A DNA stretch of 64,000 nucleotides, from positions 1 through 64,000 of the forward strand of contig JBQLZK010000021.1 in assembly GCA_052168235.1 (NCBI GenBank). The letters are read 5' to 3'. Position 1 is the stretch's first letter; every line of letters begins with the position of its first letter. This DNA is from Thainema sp. Its GTDB lineage: Bacteria; Cyanobacteriota; Cyanobacteriia; Phormidesmidales; Phormidesmidaceae. The notes under the pieces were generated by a model. It did not search any database and was not told the origin of the DNA. It saw nothing but the letters and a program-made list of their open reading frames with translations. The position numbers were made by a program, and so were the translations under genes. Shown here one piece after another: positions 20,384 to 30,444 of the stretch.

Positions 20384-20632
20384 TCAGAGTACCGCAAAGT
20401 AGCCAATAAACTTCACCGATTCTAGCGGTGATTCTCCGTATTTTCCCGAAAATTTTTGGCGCACCTTAGCGTTGGTCAGCCAAACCGGGAATGCTAAGCC
20501 TAGTACCGAATTAAGCTGGAACACTCTAGGCTGTTTGAGCAAAAAGCACGCGCTGTGTATGTTTGCTCAAACTAAAGTTGTTTTTGCCAACAAATTCGGC
20601 CCAACCGTAGTCTGTACCTGTTGAGCAGCCTG

Positions 20633-21313
20633 ATGAAAAAGATTCTAATTGTAGATGATGACGCTACGCTGCGGATTGTTCTCAAGCGGCATCTGGAAAA
20701 CCGAGGCTACTTCGTGCAAAGTGTCGATTCTGGGGAAAAAGCCCTGGCTCAGTTTGAAGCAGATCCACCGGATTTGGTGGTATCCGATGTCATGATGCCA
20801 GGAATGGATGGCTTTGAATTTTGCCGTCGGCTGCGGGCGACTCGACAGGGACAGCTGGTGCCGCTGATTTTTCTATCGAGCTGCACTGAAACCGATGATC
20901 GCGTCCAGGGGCATCAAATGGGCGGCGATGATTATCTAGTCAAACCCTTTGAACCCAAGGAGCTAATTGCCAAAATCGAAGCGCATTTGGAGCGAGTGCG
21001 ACGTACCCATGCTGAAATTTTGCGCCTAATGCAGACAGCTCAACCTGCTCAGTCCAGTACAGCTACGCCAGCTCCAGCGGAAATCACTGCTCCTTTGCCG
21101 CTGACACCAGCAGAGGAAAAGGTTTTCTGGGAAGTAATTCAAGGTTTTACTAACAAACAAATCGGTAAGCATCTCTTCATTAGTCCCCGTACGGTTCAAA
21201 CCCATCTCAGCAATATTTTGAACAAGCTAGAACTCGAAAATCGTTCGCAGCTCATTCGATACGCATTTGAACATGGTCATCAAGCTCCAGTCAAACTGGA
21301 AGAAGTCAATTAG
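20633..21313 (+). CDS. NarL/LuxR-family response regulator (Ycf29-like)
   Basis: REC (ILIVDD, SDVMMP, YLVKPF) plus LuxR HTH (LTPAE...TNKQIG...SPRTVQTHLSNI). Confidence 0.92.
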   Translation: MKKILIVDDDATLRIVLKRHLENRGYFVQSVDSGEKALAQFEADPPDLVVSDVMMPGMDGFEFCRRLRATRQGQLVPLIFLSSCTETDDRVQGHQMGGDDYLVKPFEPKELIAKIEAHLERVRRTHAEILRLMQTAQPAQSSTATPAPAEITAPLPLTPAEEKVFWEVIQGFTNKQIGKHLFISPRTVQTHLSNILNKLELENRSQLIRYAFEHGHQAPVKLEEVN

Positions 21314-21378
21314 TACATTGTCCAGTTTGCTGAACTTTGTGCAGTAATAGACATGGAAAACCTGTACGGAGATGAACC

Positions 21379-22461
21379 ATGTTGCGTCAAGTTGGCATCG
21401 GATTTGCAGTTGGAATTAGCTTAAGCGCGATCGCACCTTGGCTAACAAACATCGCCACCGCTCAGCCTCCAGTTCCGACCACGTCCGATCTGATCGACAG
21501 TGCCACAGACGAGTTACCGCCAGCGCTGCCGTCTGATGCGACTGAAGCAGCACCCTCTGCGGCTCCGGTTCTATTTACCGATGTTGAGCAGTACGAAACC
21601 AATATTGCGGGCGATCCAACCGATATTTACATTCCAATCAATCCTGAAAGCGACTTTGGTTCTGTCGCTGAGACCGAGGTAGCGGTATCGCTACCGATTG
21701 CACTGATGCTGCCCGGTGCGCTGGTTGACCCGGATCAGTATTCTGACTTTGCCAGCCAGGTTGCCAAGTATGGCTTTGTGGTCGTCGTGCCCAGCCATGT
21801 GCGATCGCTACCTGAGTTTGGGTTTGAAGGTGAACTGGCTGAAGCCGCTCAGATTACCAGCGTACTGAACTACATGGCAGCGGCTCAGACGGATCCAGAC
21901 TCGCCGCTGGCTGGACGGCTCATGCCTGACAAACTGGCGCTGCTCGGTCACTCTCACGGCGGTGCGGTGGGGCTGATGGCCATTGGCGATATTTGCATGT
22001 TTCCCTTTTGCGTAGGCGAGTTTGAGCGACCGGATGCTGTGATGGCCGGAGCGTTTTACGGCGTAAATACGTTCAATCCGGAAACGGGCGAGTTTGGCGC
22101 AATCAACAACAACGGCATTCCGGTGGCGCTGATTCAAGGTAGTGCCGAGGGTGTCTCAACGCCCGATGAAGGGATTGCCACCTACGAGCGGATTGCCGAT
22201 GCGCCCAAAGTGTTTGTCACGGTAGAGGGTGCCAATCACTACGGCATCACGAATGACAACAATCCAGCGGGTTCGCAGCCAGATGAAAGCACTCCGACTA
22301 TTTCATCCGAGGCTAGTATTAATGCGATCGCAGATTGGACAGGCTTATTTCTCCGCGCTCACCTGTGGAACGACCAAGCCGCGTTTGACTACATCTATGA
22401 CATGGGCGACGCTCAGGACGACCGAGTCGAAGTGATCTCAAATCCCGGCGAAACCCCATAA
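21379..22461 (+). CDS. Exported alpha/beta hydrolase (chlorophyllase/cutinase-like)
   Basis: Signal peptide; YGFVVVVP, nucleophile elbow GHSHGG, GANHYG. Confidence 0.8.
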   Translation: MLRQVGIGFAVGISLSAIAPWLTNIATAQPPVPTTSDLIDSATDELPPALPSDATEAAPSAAPVLFTDVEQYETNIAGDPTDIYIPINPESDFGSVAETEVAVSLPIALMLPGALVDPDQYSDFASQVAKYGFVVVVPSHVRSLPEFGFEGELAEAAQITSVLNYMAAAQTDPDSPLAGRLMPDKLALLGHSHGGAVGLMAIGDICMFPFCVGEFERPDAVMAGAFYGVNTFNPETGEFGAINNNGIPVALIQGSAEGVSTPDEGIATYERIADAPKVFVTVEGANHYGITNDNNPAGSQPDESTPTISSEASINAIADWTGLFLRAHLWNDQAAFDYIYDMGDAQDDRVEVISNPGETP

Positions 22462-22528
22462 TGCGCGGCTCATGTTAAGCAATTGATACAAACTCGAAAA
22501 CGTTATCTTTCGTAATAGAGATTGAGGC

Positions 22529-22785
22529 GTGAAGTGCGATCGCACTTCACAACCAGGAACTAATACCTACCCGTCGATTGGGTTGCGGCACGAAATCTAG
22601 CAGCAATTATCAGATACCTGTAGGGGCGAATGGCCATTCGCCCCTACATATCGTTGATGGGTTTATCCGATGAACGGTTGAATCTGTTGGGTTTCGCGTG
22701 GCTCAACCCAAACTACAGGAGTGGAAAAGGTGCGATCGCACTTTCTGCGGCTGATATTCATACTGGTGGGCAGTGCCCACCCTAC
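22529..22785. repeat. Cluster of GTAG-type REP palindromes and HIP1-centred palindromes
   Basis: GTGAAGTGCGATCGCACTTCAC (22529-22550); TGTAGGGGCGAATGGCCATTCGCCCCTACA (22619-22648); GTTGGGTTTCGCGTGGCTCAACCCAAACTAC (22686-22716); GGTGGGCAGTGCCCACCCTAC (22765-22785). Confidence 0.85.
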
Positions 22786-23222
22786 AAGAGCTGCACATAG
22801 CAAACAGAATCAGCTCAACCCGCTAACCTTTGGAATCTCTAAAGAACAAGGCTTATATCGTTTTTGTCTTTTGTTCTTATTTTTATATAGATTTGATTAT
22901 AAAAGTCTGTTTTTGGATTTTAAGCTAGCTAGCAAGTTTTCTATAGGCTTTTGATTCATACATTGATGTTTAGAGGACTACGGCTCTTGATTACGCTCTT
23001 ATCTATTTTTTGCGACCCTTCCGTTACTAGGAGGTATCACCCATAATTTGATTGTTCGGCTCTGACCCGTGAATCAAAACAGCGTGAACTCTGAATCCAC
23101 ATCAACCTGTTCAACGCTTTGCTTAGCGCAACAAGTTCATCTAAATGACCATATTGATTCGCGGGTGAGTACCTAACCCCATAACAACGCATCAAAAGAA
23201 GACTCATTAGGAGAGGAAAAGC

Positions 23223-24089
23223 GTGAAACTAGCAGTTTATGGCAAAGGCGGTATCGGCAAATCCACGACAAGCTGCAATATCTCCGTCGCCCTCGCCCGT
23301 CGAGGCAAAAAGGTCTTGCAAATTGGCTGTGACCCCAAGCACGACAGCACGTTTACCCTGACCGGATTTTTGATTCCCACCATCATCGATACTCTGCAAG
23401 AGAAGGACTACCACTATGAGGATGTCTGGCCAGAGGACGTCATCTATAAAGGCTACGGCGGCGTGGATTGCGTTGAAGCAGGCGGTCCGCCGGCGGGGGC
23501 AGGCTGCGGCGGCTACGTGGTGGGTGAGACGGTCAAACTGCTGAAAGAGCTGAATGCGTTTGATGAATACGATGTCATCCTGTTCGACGTACTGGGCGAT
23601 GTAGTCTGCGGCGGCTTTGCGGCTCCCCTGAACTATGCAGACTACTGCATGATCGTTACCGATAACGGCTTTGACGCGCTGTTTGCGGCCAATCGGATTG
23701 CGGCATCGGTACGGGAAAAAGCACGGACGCATCCTCTACGTTTAGCGGGTCTAATCGGCAATCGCACCTCGAAGCGAGATCTGATTGACAAGTATATTGA
23801 AGCGGTGCCGATGCCTGTGCTGGAAATTCTGCCGCTGATTGAAGATATTCGGATTTCGCGTGTGAAAGGCAAGACCATCTTTGAAATGGCGGAAACCGAT
23901 CCGATGCTGGAGCCTGTGGCGCAGTATTACCTGAATATTGCCGACCAGATTTTGGCCAACCCCGAAGGCGTGGTGCCCAATGACTCGCCCGATCGCGACC
24001 TGTTTGCTTTGCTGTCTGACTTCTATCTCAATCCGCCTGCGGATGCGCCCCAGCAGCAGGCTGAGGTGGAAGATCTGATGATGGTCTAA
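23223..24089 (+). CDS. chlL: Light-independent protochlorophyllide reductase iron protein
   Basis: [52 protein letters not shown]. Confidence 0.99.
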   Translation: MKLAVYGKGGIGKSTTSCNISVALARRGKKVLQIGCDPKHDSTFTLTGFLIPTIIDTLQEKDYHYEDVWPEDVIYKGYGGVDCVEAGGPPAGAGCGGYVVGETVKLLKELNAFDEYDVILFDVLGDVVCGGFAAPLNYADYCMIVTDNGFDALFAANRIAASVREKARTHPLRLAGLIGNRTSKRDLIDKYIEAVPMPVLEILPLIEDIRISRVKGKTIFEMAETDPMLEPVAQYYLNIADQILANPEGVVPNDSPDRDLFALLSDFYLNPPADAPQQQAEVEDLMMV

Positions 24090-24211
24090 GAAATCTTTAC
24101 GCGATCGCACTTGGGATGGCGATTGGGTTGCGAAAGTTTGCAGTATCATGCTGTACGTCATCGAGCCGATAGACTCGTAAGTTAAATTTCGCAACCGGAA
24201 AGAAGCAGATT

Positions 24212-24568
24212 ATGGCATTCTTCGAGAATTTCACCACCGTTATTCGCGATAAGTGGCTGGACTACGTGCAAGCGAATCGTGGCTGGCTCACTCTCCAGAT
24301 GAATAACACCTCTGTTCGCACCCCCGATGGGGGTCGCCGTCCCTCCTCCTATCTCATCCTGGGCGTGGTCAATGCCCTAGAGCCAAAGCTCGGTAACCTG
24401 ATGGTGCCGTTCTACAAGCTCAATTCGGATGAGGATGCCCTCGTCGATGTCCTGGGCCTGAACTTTGACCCGGAAATGGTGCTGGACGGCGGCAATGTGC
24501 GATCCACGATTGATGCCACCAGCGAATCCTCTTCACCGATGTTGCCGGATGCTGAATCTGACATGTAA
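24212..24568 (+). CDS. DUF5331 family protein
   Basis: KWLDY..NRGW, GGRRPSSYLILG, LVDVLGLNFDP; typical position between chlL and chlN. Confidence 0.85.
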   Translation: MAFFENFTTVIRDKWLDYVQANRGWLTLQMNNTSVRTPDGGRRPSSYLILGVVNALEPKLGNLMVPFYKLNSDEDALVDVLGLNFDPEMVLDGGNVRSTIDATSESSSPMLPDAESDM

Positions 24569-24633
24569 GTAACAGCTAGCGCACTTGTGTCCGAGTTAGT
24601 TGCCGGATTTAAAATTCATCCTCACAATCTCTT

Positions 24634-25176
24634 ATGGAGATGTTTGCGATCGCAAAGGGCAACACCGTGAAGATTGAACGACTGCGTCGGAACCTAAAGC
24701 GTAAATGGCTCAACTACTACCGCGAAAATCGGTCTTGGTTGGTCAAGCTTGGGATCTGGGTGAGCTACGACGGCTATCGTCGCCCGTCCTCTAGCTTCAT
24801 TCTGGCGACGGTCTCGGTACTGGAACCCCAACTGGCCGAGCTGTTCCCGCTCATTGTTGAACTGAGCCACGATCCCGATCAGGTTGTTGAGGCGTTGGGA
24901 TTAGACTTTGATCCCGATGAGCTGTTGAACACTCACCAGACCAATGGGCAGATCAACGGGCAAGAGGTCAAAATGTTGCCCAGTGGAGCCGTACCAGAAG
25001 TCGCTTACGCAGACGTTCAAAACAGGGTTCAAAGTCAGAAGAATGTCCAGGACTGGGAAGTTTCGGCAGTCGCCATGTCCACTTCCCCCCGCGATGATGA
25101 TTCCTGCCAAGGCGTCTATCGCCAGGGTAAATCCGAGCCAGGAGGATATCCGCGATCGCAGGATTTCTGCGATTAA
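24634..25176 (+). CDS. DUF5331 family protein (second paralogue)
   Basis: KWLNYYRENRSW, RRPSSSFILA, VVEALGLDFDP. Confidence 0.85.
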   Translation: MEMFAIAKGNTVKIERLRRNLKRKWLNYYRENRSWLVKLGIWVSYDGYRRPSSSFILATVSVLEPQLAELFPLIVELSHDPDQVVEALGLDFDPDELLNTHQTNGQINGQEVKMLPSGAVPEVAYADVQNRVQSQKNVQDWEVSAVAMSTSPRDDDSCQGVYRQGKSEPGGYPRSQDFCD

Positions 25177-26697
<1,521 letters not shown>

Positions 26698-26752
26698 AGC
26701 CTGCCACCTCAGATTCTATAAGTTTCGCTGAGACTATCTTTTGATGCGTGTG

Positions 26753-26776
26753 CCCCTGCTTCGGCAGGGGTTTTTT
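26753..26776 (+). terminator. Rho-independent terminator of the chlL-chlN operon
   Basis: CCCCTGC TTCG GCAGGGG TTTTTT. Confidence 0.9.
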
Positions 26777-27181
26777 GATGCTATTTTTTGATGCTGAGCT
26801 TGCGATCGCACCTGTTGCACCTGTCGCACCTGTCGCCATCTTGTCCCATTCTCCATCAATGAGCGAGGCATTACTGATGCCACAATGCTGTCACATTTCA
26901 CCAATAGTATAAAAATGGCTGCTCCGTAGAATTTATCCAGCAAGACCTTCAAGCAATAAAATTCTATAAATGTAGCCGCCAACTTAGCACTTTTGAAAAA
27001 ATGCTGATTTTATCTACACAATAATAGACAGACCTTATCAATAGGCTAATCAATATTTTGTTTTCGATAATTGGCCAATAGTTTTATTATGACTTTCATA
27101 TTTGTTTCATATAAATCCACCTTGAGCTAGTTTTCTTCACCTAGTTTTCATACACCCGTTTTGCACTAGTTTATATGGTGA

Positions 27182-27207
27182 TTGCAAGGTGCGATCGCAC
27201 CTTGCAA
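27182..27207. repeat. Perfect 26-bp palindrome centred on HIP1
   Basis: TTGCAAGGTGCGATCGCACCTTGCAA. Confidence 0.9.
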
Positions 27208-27515
27208 CCCACTCAAAACGTTGACAAGTCAGGCATTCCAGTAGCTGCCTGAATACCGTCGTCGCAGGTGCTGATGGAGCTAAGAGCAAGGGCAGTTCAC
27301 CCAGCTATAGGCTAGATGGCTTTTGGGAAACAGTAGCGAAATTTATGAACATTGCAGCTTGGCTATACTGCTTGCATCAAAGATTACTTTTCAGAAAAAT
27401 CGATCATTAATAATCAAAGCGGTAATTTAATCCGGAAAAACAATTTTCACAAGATCGTGATTATTTATTGTCGAAGGGAATCCTGATAAAGACGCTGGAT
27501 TGCCGGAGGTGATAG

Positions 27516-30332
27516 ATGAAAAGGTGGATTAGCTATTTGAAACAGATTGACGGTAGAGCAATTGCTGGATTATTGATACCTATTGGCCTGAGTCTAGTTT
27601 GGGGAACTGCTGCAAATGCTCAAGTCGTGTCCGATGGCACACTGTCCACCACCGTTTCCCGCTCAGGCGGTAACTTTACCATCACCAATGGCAACCGAGT
27701 CGGCAATAACCTATTTCACAGCTTCAGCCAGTTCTCTGTCCCGACGGGTGGGGCGGCCTTATTCAACAATGCTGCCGATGTGCAAACCATCTTCAGCCGG
27801 GTGACGGGGGGCAGCGTCTCAAATATTGATGGCTTGATTCAAACAAATGGCAATGCTGACCTGTTTTTGCTCAACCCGTCCGGCATTCTCTTCGGCCCCA
27901 ATTCACGCTTGAATATCGGTGGCTCCTTTATCGCCAGCACGGCAGATAGCATTTTGTTTGAAGATGGTACTCAGTTTAGTGCGACTGAGCCAACTGCTTC
28001 GCCATTGCTGACTGTGAGTGTTCCACTGGGATTACAACTGGGAGCCAATGCGGGACCAATCCAAGTCCAAGGTACACCCACCAACAATTTCTTTTTCCGT
28101 CCCCCAACATGGTCGATGAAACCGAATCAAACGCTGGCCTTGATTGGGGGACAAGTGGATATCAATAGTGCCGCTATTTATGTACCCGATGGTCATGTGG
28201 AATTGTGGGCAATGCAGAATGGCACTGTAAACATGCCGACCTCTGGGAAGTGGCAGTTGGCTCGTTCATCCACCCTGCCAACTTGGGGCACTGTCACCTT
28301 GCAGGAGTCCTCCTATATCAATACCAATGGTGCTACGGGGGGACTGATTAACATCCGGGGGCGCGGATTGACTCTGCAAGATGGCTCACATATTGAATCA
28401 TCGACGGGTGCTAATGGTCGTGGTCAGGGTATTCATGTTCAGACCACAGAATTTGTGGATTTGTTGGGCATTTCTGATCCGGCGAATTACACATCTTCGG
28501 GGTTAGCAACCAGTGTGACTGGCAGTGGAGCGACGGCTGGAAATATCACAGTTGATACGCAACGATTGCGCCTTAGCAATAGCGCCTGGATCAGTTCCCT
28601 CAACTATGGCTTTGACTTTTTTACCTTTGCGCCAATTAATAATGCCAGCACTGGCAATATTACAATTCGGGCTGCGGATGTGGAAGTGAATGGTGAAGCA
28701 CCCTTTCCTAATCCATTTACAGGAACTTTTGTCGCGGGTGCAATTACAACGCTAGTTGCCGGGGGGCAACAGAATGACAGCGGTGCCATTACTGTTAATG
28801 CTGAGCGGGTAAGCCTGCTAGACGGAGGCCGCATTAGCACCGATTTATTAGGTTCGTTTGATTTCTTCACCGGACAGCTCAATATTACAAGGGGTACAGC
28901 AGGGGATATCTCTGTGACAGCAACCGAGAGGCTAGATATTCGCGGCACAACTTCAGCCAATTTCAATAGCGCCATCATTAGTTCGATTCAAAACTTAGTG
29001 GAGGGTCAAGGAGGCGATATTACGATTAAGGCTGGGCAACTCAACCTTGCTGCGGGTGGAACGATCTCTAGTGCGATTTCTGGTAGTCCAAATGCTGCGA
29101 TCGCAGGTCGAGGCATAGCCGGAAATGTTACCATTCGAGCCACCGACGTACAAGTTAGCGATCCTGTAGTTGATTTTTATAGCCAGGGTGCTAGCGGCAT
29201 CACAGTGTCTGTGGGGCAAAACGCTATCGGAGCGGGTGGCAATATTAATTTGGCTGCGAGTCGTTTGCGAGTCTTTGACGGAGGACAGATCACCTCGTCA
29301 AGCGAAGGCGACGGGCCAGCCGGAAGCGTCACCCTCCGGGTCAGTGATATTGACGTACAAGGAATTTCCCGATCTCAGGTGAATGGTCAGTTCCTCCCCA
29401 GTACTATCACTGCCTCCTCAGCTAGTGCCTTTGAGGCCGGATCGGTCAATATCAGAGCTAATCGCTTACAGGTGAGAGACGGGGCCGAAGTGACCGTTAG
29501 TAACTCTGGCACAGGCGATGCGGGTAACCTCAACGTCTGGGCTCGCAATGTTTTTCTCGATAATGGCGGTAGCTTACAAGCTGAAGTCAATGGTGGTGGG
29601 CAGGGAAATATTCGACTTCACATTGATGACTTACTCGTGCTGCGAAACGGCAGCAACATCACCACCAATGCTCAAGGTGCGTCCACCGGAGGCAACATCT
29701 CTATCGATGCTGGATTTGTAATAGCGGTAGCCGATGAAAACAGTGACATCATCGCCAATGCTATTGAAGGCAATGGCGGTAACATCGACATCACCACTCA
29801 AGGTATCTTTGGCCTAGAGTTTCGGGATGAACTAACGCCTGAAAGTGATATTACGGCTAGTTCCCAGTTCGGCGTCAGCGGCACGGTTCAGATCACCACC
29901 ATCAACACCGACCCTAGTTCCGGCGTGATTGAACTGCCCGAGAATGTGACAGATCCATCGCAGCAAATCGCCACAGGTTGTGCAGAAACACAGGGTAGCC
30001 AGTTTGTCGCCACTGGACGCGGCGGTGTGCCCCAGAATCCTATCCAGCAGGTCAACCGCGATCGCACTTGGGAGGATGTCCGCGATCTCTCTGCTTATCG
30101 ACAGTCGGAGAACGCTGAGTCTCCAGCCCCGACGACTGTATCTAATCTGATTGAAACCACAAGCTGGCGTCGCAACGCCAACGGTCAGGTTGAACTGATT
30201 GCTCAGCAATCAGCTATCCAGCACTCAACTTTTGCCACCTGTAGCGGATCAGCAATGAGCGAGCGTTTCTTCAGTCACCGTGCAGAAACAGAAACAGAAA
30301 CAGCAGCAATGACGAGTAAAACTAATTGGTGA
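27516..30332 (+). CDS. Filamentous haemagglutinin N-terminal (TPS) domain beta-helical exoprotein, paralogue 1
   Basis: Signal peptide (ANA-Q); NLFHSFSQFSVP, SRVTGG, NPSGILFG; G/N/S-rich beta-helix repeats; C-terminal ATGRGGVPQNP; RBS GGAGGT. Confidence 0.92.
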   Translation: MKRWISYLKQIDGRAIAGLLIPIGLSLVWGTAANAQVVSDGTLSTTVSRSGGNFTITNGNRVGNNLFHSFSQFSVPTGGAALFNNAADVQTIFSRVTGGSVSNIDGLIQTNGNADLFLLNPSGILFGPNSRLNIGGSFIASTADSILFEDGTQFSATEPTASPLLTVSVPLGLQLGANAGPIQVQGTPTNNFFFRPPTWSMKPNQTLALIGGQVDINSAAIYVPDGHVELWAMQNGTVNMPTSGKWQLARSSTLPTWGTVTLQESSYINTNGATGGLINIRGRGLTLQDGSHIESSTGANGRGQGIHVQTTEFVDLLGISDPANYTSSGLATSVTGSGATAGNITVDTQRLRLSNSAWISSLNYGFDFFTFAPINNASTGNITIRAADVEVNGEAPFPNPFTGTFVAGAITTLVAGGQQNDSGAITVNAERVSLLDGGRISTDLLGSFDFFTGQLNITRGTAGDISVTATERLDIRGTTSANFNSAIISSIQNLVEGQGGDITIKAGQLNLAAGGTISSAISGSPNAAIAGRGIAGNVTIRATDVQVSDPVVDFYSQGASGITVSVGQNAIGAGGNINLAASRLRVFDGGQITSSSEGDGPAGSVTLRVSDIDVQGISRSQVNGQFLPSTITASSASAFEAGSVNIRANRLQVRDGAEVTVSNSGTGDAGNLNVWARNVFLDNGGSLQAEVNGGGQGNIRLHIDDLLVLRNGSNITTNAQGASTGGNISIDAGFVIAVADENSDIIANAIEGNGGNIDITTQGIFGLEFRDELTPESDITASSQFGVSGTVQITTINTDPSSGVIELPENVTDPSQQIATGCAETQGSQFVATGRGGVPQNPIQQVNRDRTWEDVRDLSAYRQSENAESPAPTTVSNLIETTSWRRNANGQVELIAQQSAIQHSTFATCSGSAMSERFFSHRAETETETAAMTSKTNW

Positions 30333-30444
30333 TTTGAATAATGAGCTTAGCAATTATCTGAATTCTTCATGTTTAATTACCATGATTAGCAATTATTCAT
30401 GACCAAAGGGAAGCATAAATCAAAGCTTTATCTTGCCAGGATTT

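Noticed and set aside
22721..22954. 77-aa ORF containing VGSAHPT
   Set aside because: Translation of a REP palindrome and AT-rich promoter DNA
27127..27172. CTAGTTTT direct repeats upstream of the exoprotein array
   Set aside because: Short, irregularly spaced and in AT-rich DNA; not enough to call an operator
27274..27284. ATGGAGCTAAG matches the reverse complement of the tRNA-Ala 3' end, suggesting an island boundary
   Set aside because: Only 11 bp, inverted rather than direct, on the 5' side of the tRNA, and no integrase; consistent with chance
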